Shown here one piece after another: positions 25,501 through 64,000 of a stretch of DNA of 64,000 bases. Both the position numbers and the translations under genes were made by a program. The notes beneath the pieces were generated by a model. That model had not been told where the DNA came from. It saw only the letters and a list, made by a program, of their open reading frames with translations, and made no database searches. Position 1 is the stretch's first letter. Each line of letters starts with the position of its first letter. This DNA comes from Phoronis australis (taxonomy: Eukaryota; Animalia; Phoronida): NCBI GenBank assembly GCA_002633005.1, contig NMRA01000259.1:1-64000 (forward strand), given 5' to 3'.

Positions 25501-27441
25501 AGGTTCATTTTGCAATAACTAATTAACTGAATGTGCAAATTTCTGAAATTGACCTAACTGTGGTTCCTGAGGTTTTCCAACATATTGTGTACACAACTAA
25601 TCAGACCGAGTGCCATTTTCACGATAAAAATGTTTTTATATAACATTATTCATACATAAAGATCTCTCAGAATGAAAGCTTTAACCTGTTGTAGTCTATG
25701 TGTTATAAAAGAATAAAAGTGCTCTGAGAAGTGACTCTTGGTGAAATTGAATGAAAAACTTAAAATGATATCCTAATAAAATGTTCTGTATTTTTTACCA
25801 TTTTAGCCCAAAACACATTTTTCAGATTGAAAGGAAAAATCAAATAGTTAAATAATACATGTAGGGCGGGGTAGGCGTTCTCTGCTGAAGTTGGCGATGA
25901 TGATAGTCACAAAGATGAAAACATCAAAGATGGATGCGTCACTGCGTAAATTTCATTTCTGTCAGACGGCAAATGCCCCGTGTAGCATGCGTATACGGTA
26001 TGATGGTCAACAAAACAGCGAGGACTCGGTCACTAAACAAACAGTCATAGTTGTTGTCAGCAAAGCTTAAACAACAGGAGATCCTTCCACATACGAAATT
26101 TCAGAAAGTTCAGTCAAGCAACACCAGAGATACAGCATGATAAATCCATCAATGAAAGAGGAGTCACCCAAAAGTCTAGAACTTGAGAGTGCATACAAGT
26201 GCATACTTTACATAGTTCTTGAGTAGATCATATAACAAAATTCAGAAGAATTCCTCAAAGGACTGGTGGAACTCAAACAAGAGAAAGTTGGATAAACTTG
26301 ACAAATATCTGTAAAGAGCGTGATAGTAAGTTCTCTGCTCTTCTGATATCAATCAATGACAAGAAAATTCAGAACGAGTAGATGAAGCAAGTTCGTTGGG
26401 TTAACTTTGAAGCCAACAGAAACCTTCATCTTGAAAATTATACCTTTTCAATTAAGGTACTTTTAAACAGTTGAAATGGAAATATTTCCCGTCATAAACG
26501 ATGACGGTTTCTGACAGGATCTGTAAAAATGTGCCTGACATGTTGAAACGAGGCAATGGAAACAACAAGTTTTCTTACTTCCGGGACAACGGAGAGCTCT
26601 ATTACTGTGTGATACAGGAAAGCCCTGTTTCGGGAAATGAGTTGAGCGATTATTAGACATAACTTCAAATTCAAAGCGTTCCTGCAAATATACAGTTTTG
26701 TGCAGCTCTGTAGAAAGCCTATGATAAGGCCGTCGCCCTCCTGTGCATTTTGTCTGCAGATAGTTATCGCCAAGAGCTAGCAATAACGACCCTGGTCAGA
26801 TGTAGTAGACCCTAATTTAGAGAACTAGTTTTATGCACTGAGTAACAGACCTGTTATTCAGTGATTGCATGGTTCTCTAACTCTGAATAGTGCTGGTGCT
26901 TTTAACTTCAAATATACTGAAAACCCAATATTGGAGGGGACGGTTAGTCAAAAATCTGGATGTGTACGAAGGCTGCCTGCCATGATGTTGAAAATAGCCT
27001 CATCAAATACCATGTGAATGATTATTGTCTTTTGAGATTTTTGTCGTCTGAGTGTTGAGTCAAGTCATCACCACTCGAAGGCAAGTTGATGTGATCAAGC
27101 GAAAGAAGGTATTCAAACATTAGTTCGATACTGATTTCGTAACTTCCACGTATACTTGAGAACAAAATTCTCAGCATAATGATTTTTAGTGTCCAACCTT
27201 TATTGCAGTGACTGAATCGTGAATGAGTGGATACGAGGAATAAGCCTTGCGATCATATCATATTATCATACCTATCGGAATACAATTTCAATTCATTGTC
27301 GAGCAGCTCTTTGACACCTGTTTTCACTTTGCCGATGAAACTAGGTGGCAACGCAATGTGCTGTTGAGATGTTACCACGGTAAAACACGAATACGGGTCT
27401 TCGATGAGACGAAATGCTTCGTCGTAGCTGAAATGTGCCAT
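18654..27441 (-). CDS. POLR1F: DNA-directed RNA polymerase I subunit RPA43 (POLR1F/TWISTNB), complete 4-exon gene, 453 aa
   Basis: Exons 27441-27272, 22859-22717, 21879-21684 and 19506-18654 have GT-AG boundaries and matching phases (1362 nt in total). The spliced protein contains HIALPPSFIG..GVKELLDNELKLYS, GVVIAYSNIRL, IHLNITADFILFKP and VVNKIGKDHIGCLVHGCFNASI, matching RPA43, followed by a Lys-rich tail. Confidence 0.95.
20633..20835 (+). mobile_element. tRNA-derived SINE, copy 1 (POLR1F intron 3)
   Basis: A-box TGGCCTAGTGG and B-box GGATTCGAATCC followed by a non-tRNA body. A homologous copy lies on the minus strand at 32690-32914. Confidence 0.8.
21684..21879 (-). CDS. POLR1F: POLR1F coding exon 3
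   Basis: VVNKIGKDHIGCLVHGCFNASINKRG...KADFVDE; acceptor TTCTCTTTCAG, donor GTGAGA. Confidence 0.95.
22330..22620. repeat. Minisatellite, 20-bp unit AATAATATTGTCCAAGCTTG, about 14 copies
   Basis: Periodic unit directly visible. It explains the repetitive ORF 22307-22615. Confidence 0.95.
22717..22859 (-). CDS. POLR1F: POLR1F coding exon 2
   Basis: LEGVVIAYSNIRLATHHGQIINEYPSIHLNITADFILFKPTVGSKLK; acceptor TGTTTCAG, donor GTAGAT. Confidence 0.95.
24892..25294. mobile_element. ~400-bp MITE with 21-bp TIRs
   Basis: GGGGTTTTCCATAGATAAGTC versus the reverse complement of the right end, GGGATTTTCCGTAGATAAGTC (19/21). TSD not resolved. Confidence 0.7.
25297..25422. repeat. Perfect 42-bp triplication
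   Basis: TACTTTTATGAATTGATAACCATATTGCAAGCACTATGACTA at 25297, 25339 and 25381. Confidence 0.95.
27272..27441 (-). CDS. POLR1F: POLR1F coding exon 1
   Basis: MAHFSYDEAFRLIEDPYSCFTVVTSQQHIALPPSFIGKVKTGVKELLDNELKLYSD; donor AG|GTATGA. Confidence 0.93.
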
Positions 27442-27454
27442 TTCTTCGTCATAT

Positions 27455-27730
27455 GGGCGCGGCCATCTTGGAATTGTAATCTCGAATCAACATTGGAGCT
27501 ACTCAACGTTGAACAATGCAGTCAAAGCCGACTTAAACTATAAAACGCAACCAAAATTCTTAAATACAAAAACAATATACGAAATATACAAACATGCTGC
27601 TAAAACATGTCCAACTTGAAAAACGGCACAAACTTGTACCGAAATCGGCACTAGAGGACAGCACAGACAAAAATAGAATAGCCAATCAAAACGTTTTTAT
27701 TGAGCACGTGACCCGGAATTGGGTTTAAAA
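27455..27730. promoter_or_regulatory. Bidirectional promoter shared by POLR1F and CKAP5
   Basis: YY1-type GCGGCCATCTT (27459-27469), CCAAT (27682), E-box CACGTG (27705-27710) and CCGGAA (~27713) lie between two divergent genes. Confidence 0.7.
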
Positions 27731-27797
27731 TTTTTAACAACTGATGACAGCAAGTACCTTCTTGATCAAGATTTGTGGGACAGGTAGATTTACCAAG
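27725..27797 (+). other. CKAP5: Probable non-coding exon 1 of CKAP5 (5' end approximate)
   Basis: Consensus donor AAG|GTAAGT at 27798, just downstream of the promoter motifs. The ATG-containing exon starts at an acceptor (32365-32366), so an upstream exon is required. Confidence 0.65.
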
Positions 27798-28139
27798 GTA
27801 AGTATTTCACGCATCAAATGATATTCCACCTTTCAGTGAATATTTTGGCAATGCTGAGGTGGCATTACTCATGATTATTGACCAACGAATCTCGTCATCA
27901 AATGACTGAAAAGTGAAAAGAGGACTTCCGAAACAGTTACAGTGCAACTGTGAAAGAACATCACACGAGTCGTAATGGATTTCTTAAGAGTCCTGTAGAC
28001 GTAGAAGTGCCGAGCTAACTAGGGAATGACCACCGTCTCTAGCTGGCCCAGTAGAGTTGGTGAAGCTCCTATGAAGCTCCTCTAGGAGCATCGCTGTCTC
28101 TACTGGGGCCAGCTTGACGAGTCGACTGTATGAGCTAAC

Positions 28140-29492
28140 TAGGCCATGACCATCGCCTCTGTTGGCCCGAAGCAGAGGCGATGTAGAGGCTATAGGCTCT
28201 CTGTACGCCGGAAGCTTTTCGGCGAATTATGCCTCGCACCGACTAAACCATCAAAGTCACGTTGTTATAAATACCTTTTCAGTTTGCGCATAGAGGAACA
28301 CCTTAGGAGGTTGTCGATGTATTTAATTCCTTCCAACTCGAACAAATACTCCCGTTATGAAACTTTTTCTTCGAGCAGTCCCTATTTCAGTTCCCAAAAT
28401 CGTGAAATCAACTTTTTCAGGCCGAAGGTCAGAAGTTGCGGACCTACCGGCAGGCCTTCATCCAGGATTTCGAAAATAGGGTGTCCAAAATGAGGTTCCC
28501 AATATTCGAGGGCGTCCATAATTTCGACGCATAACCCCCCATCCCCAGCAATCCCCCCACACAGATTTTTTTTCCAAAAAAATGCATAGACCAAGGTTTT
28601 TACATCTAAGTTTACAAAACAGCCTTCTGTAGTGAGCATTTTTAATAAAAAATTGGTGTAGACCAAGACTTTTACAATGCTATCAACCAAGTATGAGCAT
28701 AGCAACATTGTATATACTTTGTATATACATTGTATATTTCTTCCTGCTTTGAAAAAGAGCCCCCACTGTGAGCCTTCAGAGGCTTCCTAGTAATCATTAC
28801 AATGTGTGTGTCCAAACTTGAAAGGTTCCTATTGACAGTGGGTGTCCAAATGATACATTGGGCGTCCTTGCCAGGGCGTCCATATTAGTGCTGGGGCGTC
28901 TATTTGGACGCCCAGGACGTACGCTGCATGAAGGCCTGCCTACCGGCGAACTTTGAAAGCTGAAGTTCCCGCCCTTCGCGTACGTGCTGTCGGGAACCAG
29001 CCGTGCATTTGCCGTGTTGTTAAACATTAAAATGTCAAATATGTGCACAAAGACTATTAAATGTCATATCATTGAAATACTATCAGTTTCAAGTAACGCC
29101 AATTAAAGACAAGTATAAGTGGTGGCATTTTGGAAACGAACGTTTGACTGACGAGACCGCAACGGCTCACCTTTGGCCTATTTAAAGATTGAGGTCATGA
29201 ATTGGAGCGTGCGCAGTATAAAAATGGTGAGTTCACGATTTTGGGAACTGAAATAGGGACTGCTCGAAGAAAAAGTTTCATAACGGGAGTATTTGTTCGA
29301 GTTGGAAGGAATTAAACACATCGACAACCTCCTAAGGTGTTCCTCTATGCGCAAAAGGTATTTATAACAACGTGACTTTGATGGTTTAGTCGGTGCGAGG
29401 CAAAATTCGCCGAAAAGCTTTCGGCGTACAGAGCGCCTATAGCCTCTACATCGCCTCTGCTTCGGGCCAACAGAGGCGATGGTCATTGCCTA
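28140..29492. mobile_element. Non-autonomous foldback DNA transposon, ~270-bp TIRs, 9-bp TSD (Mutator/MULE-like structure)
   Basis: Arms 28140-28410 and 29228-29492 are near-identical inverted copies, which gives the mirrored ORFs MTIASVGPKQ on both strands. Flanks TGAGCTAAC at 28131-28139 and 29493-29501. Confidence 0.9.
28451..28938. mobile_element. 488-bp hAT-type MITE with 8-bp TSD, nested in the foldback element
   Basis: TIRs CAGGCCTTCATCCAG / CTGCATGAAGGCCTG; TSD CCTACCGG at 28443-28450 and 28939-28946; subterminal GTGTCCAAA repeats. Confidence 0.9.
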
Positions 29493-31549
29493 TGAGCTAA
29501 CCTGACTCTCGAAGTCCTCCGTCTAGACTGTGCCAACTTCTCTACCTAACATAAGTAGTAGAGATGGTGATGCTCTCATATAGCGTACCCTGGAATCTGT
29601 TCGGCGAATTTTTGATTAAACCATTGAAGTGATGCTGGTATAAGTACCTTTTGCGTACACAGATGCTTTGGAGGCTGTCGATGTTTTTAATTAATTTCAA
29701 CTTCAAAAAATACCCCGCTAATCAAACTTTTCGAGCACTGTTCAGTTGCCCAAATCAGCAACTGGCAACTTTTACACTGCTCGGTTATATCGCATGGCAC
29801 GAGCAGTGTAAAATGGCCTGTTGCTGATTTGGGCAACTGAACGAAGGACTGCTTGAAAAACAATTTGACTACGGGAGTATTTGTTTAAGTTGGAATGGAT
29901 TAAAGAGTCAAGACATCAACGGCCTTTGAATTAAGGTGTCCCTCTGTGTGTAAAAAGTACTTGTAGCAATTGACTTTTATGGTTCAATCAGTGTGAGGCA
30001 TAATTTGCCGAAAAGCTTCTGGCATATGAAGGCCCTATGAGAGTACTAGTAGGCAATGACCATCGCCTCTGTTGGCCCGAGTAACCCTTTCTTTACTGTC
30101 TAACAGTGAGGGCTATCTTCCATTTCAGTCTGTTGTAGTGAAGAAAATGCCAATTTCTCAATATTTTATAGATGATAATCATCTGGAACTGATTGCCATT
30201 TGTTATAAAATACTTCGTGGAATTGCTACTGCCAGCCTTGCACTGGAACTCGAACACGAAAACAACCGGTGTGTTTTTCAGTATACGCTTGTGCACCTAA
30301 ATGGGGTTCCAAGGGTATGCAGACACCACAAGGCTGAAATCAAAATGTTGGTGACTTACAAAAATAGTCAATTATGTCATGACGACCATTTGAATAGTTC
30401 GTGGAGTGTGTTGTGAATTTTTGGTTCCTGGTGTGACGTCTAGTCGAATAAAGGCCTATGTGCTCACAAGTTGGCCAGTCGGTGTGTATGCAATGTTTGT
30501 TGCCGACACAAATTTTCTGTTCTGTAATATTGGTGTTTGTTAAAGAATAATGTATTCAGATGTGACATCTCGCTCTGATCTGAATGCAGAGCGACCACTG
30601 TAAACATTCATAAAGCCTCATTAGCTTAACATTAGCATGCAAAATTCAAAGGGCAAACGCTTGAATTATATCTTTGTAGCTTTTTCATGGTAAGAAGGCT
30701 GATGTGGGCCAAAGGGTCGGACAGTCATGAAGCACACTGTCTGAATAGTCTGATCTGCCTTTGATCTCCCTAGCTCATCGCGCTCGCTATCTAAATCATC
30801 ATGCTGCAGTTTATTCGGAGATGCTTTGTGCCCCTTCTCGTGACTTGTCATTGTCAACAGCAAGACTTAGTGTTAGACCGCCAGTTTCTGCTGCTAATGA
30901 CCAGAGGTGGACCACAGTGATTTCTGATCCTAAACTTATGCATCAATCCTTTTTGTTATTCCCAGAGTTTGCGTCATATACACTAACCATGAATCATGAT
31001 CTGAATTCTCCCAAAACGTAACATAGTCAGATTTTTTGGAGGCTGGTCATGCTGCATCTGGATAAATTCTAGCCAACACCTGTAATTTATCACTTCGACT
31101 CAGGTAGGTGCTAATGACAAAATTGTGGACATCTTCTTAATTAATTGCAAAACTGAATGTCATGGAATTCAGAAGATTAAACCTGTGTTCTCTTTTTACT
31201 GCTGTACTGATCAAAAACCAAATGTTTTAGTTGTTGGTACTTCTAATGGCAGATACATTGCGTAAAACAAAAAAGACACAGTTTCAGCTTACGTCACCAC
31301 AAGAGCAGTTTACTCGCCTTGAGCGATTTTGCTCTAGATATGTGTTCAAAATAGAACTAAAAGCTGGTTGCAATTAACTTGGAATGTAATTGATACACGT
31401 GTTTAGAGTATAGTATCCTATATGGATGACCTGGCTTAGTACAAAACAAATTTTGAATTTTATAATTTTGAAGCTTTTTAAATTAATCCTATATGTATCA
31501 AAATTTAAGATATTAACTTCAGATAGTATAATTAGATGGCAGCTACAGA

Positions 31550-31710
31550 TTTTAATTAACACACCTGTAAACAGGTGCATTATGCTATCATCCCCATTCT
31601 TCTGTCTGTCTGTCCGGCATCCGCCTCCGATGGTGTATCTCCAAACTCCTTGATGAATGGTCATTGGATTTTACGTTTACTAGCATTGTTGCCTTTAGGG
31701 GGAATGTTTT
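31550..31710 (+). mobile_element. Possible short HINE/DINE-1-like element
   Basis: T-rich start, small hairpin CACCTGT-AA-ACAGGTG, then GCATTATGCTATCA and a TCTGTCTGTCTGTCC microsatellite, the layout typical of Helentron-associated elements. Confidence 0.4.
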
Positions 31711-32375
31711 TGAGATTCATATCATGCATCTGATTTATGCGTACGTACAGTGGGCACATAGCAATGCACTGTCATTTACTCTTGTTTGTAATAATATATT
31801 TCTTTCTCTCTATGTTTTTTAGTAGACATAATTAGTGCTGAGTAAGAAATCAAATAAAGTGGGACTACATTATTATTCACTGTTCAATCTACATATTTTG
31901 CCTTAATAATATTTATCTTTACAAAACTTAGCTGAAAGAATAAGTTTTAAAACAAATGTTAACACCTTTATCTTTTTGCAGAGCATGTTCTCGCGAATAT
32001 TCTAGTGATTATGAGATTTGTTTAAGTACCAAGTATTGCCTGAAGACTCATCTCATCTGCTGCTACACAATTTAATGTCAGTTGTGGTAGTTGCTTATTT
32101 TGTTGGCTAGTATTTCTCAGAGCTGATCTTTCAAGCCCTTATGTTTCTCAACTCTTCATTCATGTGTGTGTTGCTGATGCAAGGTTATTTTTTTCTACTT
32201 TCTGCTTGATTTTTTTTTGTTTCTGAAGACTTGAAGTGGGGAAAGTTCTCATCTTAAGTAGTTATTTTTAAGGACTTGGTCTTGAATGAATGTCTTAAGT
32301 GTCGCTCATATTTTTATATCGCCACAGTGTTTGTAATCTCAGTTGTCTTTTCATCCTCTCTTTCAGGACTGAACC

Positions 32376-63569
<31,194 letters not shown>

Positions 63570-63859
63570 GTAGGTCCACTTGCACTGTAGCCATGGCAAC
63601 TGTCACCTCTTACACCTCCTAACAGTAGAACCTGCACAATGCAGTCCTGGTATTTGTAGTTTCTGTTAGTGCATAACGTCCAAAAACAAAGTTTTATTTA
63701 AATGTGTTTTGTCTGGTTTAAAATTTCTTTCTGTTTTGCCTTATAAGAGCAATTGGTTGTCTTTGGAAGATATGATTTATATTTGACTTTGTGTAGAAAT
63801 TTTGGGCCTTTGTCAAACTGGCTGGCTACGCACATAACCTCACATGTCTCTATGAGTCT

Positions 63860-63938
63860 GGAATCACATCATCAGGCTGGAATGATGTCATCAGACAGGA
63901 ATGATGTCATCAGGCAGGAATGATGTCATCAGGCAGGC
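63860..63938. repeat. 19-bp minisatellite, about 4 copies
   Basis: GGAATGATGTCATCAGGCA units. Confidence 0.9.
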
Positions 63939-64000
63939 ATGAAGGCACAATGATCAATTTATAGAACATGTACTTGGTCAGTTGTCAGCTTATCTATTGA

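Larger units (their letters stand above)
28020..30040. mobile_element. Older, diverged foldback element of the same family as 28140-29492 (outer layer of the nest)
   Basis: Starts TAGGGAATGACCACCGTCTCTAGCTGGCCC, similar to the young TIR end. 29600-30030 is a decayed palindrome homologous to the young TIR, with exact arms at 29740-29762/29820-29842 and 29770-29783/29800-29813. Confidence 0.65.

Noticed and set aside
28146-29486. Pair of near-identical ORFs MTIASVGPKQ... on opposite strands
   Set aside because: They are translations of the two transposon TIR arms, with no protein-like features.

Overview
This window is animal (invertebrate-like, AT-rich) genomic DNA with spliceosomal GT-AG introns, so most ORFs in the six-frame track are spurious or are single exons read into introns. 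Two housekeeping genes sit head-to-head. POLR1F (RPA43/TWISTNB, an RNA polymerase I subunit) is on the minus strand: 4 coding exons, 18654-27441, 453 aa by my exon count. CKAP5 (ch-TOG/XMAP215 microtubule polymerase) is on the plus strand: 35 phase-consistent coding exons from 32376 to 63569 (1695 codons), continuing past the window end, plus a probable non-coding first exon ending at 27797. The first ~18 kb has no recognisable protein-coding gene; it holds a decayed CR1-like LINE, tandem repeats, MITEs and a promoter-like island near 12.5 kb. I found no convincing new multi-gene system. The most interesting signals are: (1) a young antisense L1/Tx1-like insertion whose target-site duplication (TSD) copies a CKAP5 splice donor; (2) a 59-bp tandem repeat that multiplies another CKAP5 donor; (3) a three-level nest of DNA transposons just downstream of the shared promoter; (4) several hAT-like elements with atypical 5- or 6-bp TSDs; (5) very small palindromic insertions (27 and 120 bp) with 8-bp TSDs; and (6) a strong-context 5-codon uORF just before the POLR1F start. 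All coordinates were read by eye and family names come from recalled motifs, not database searches.
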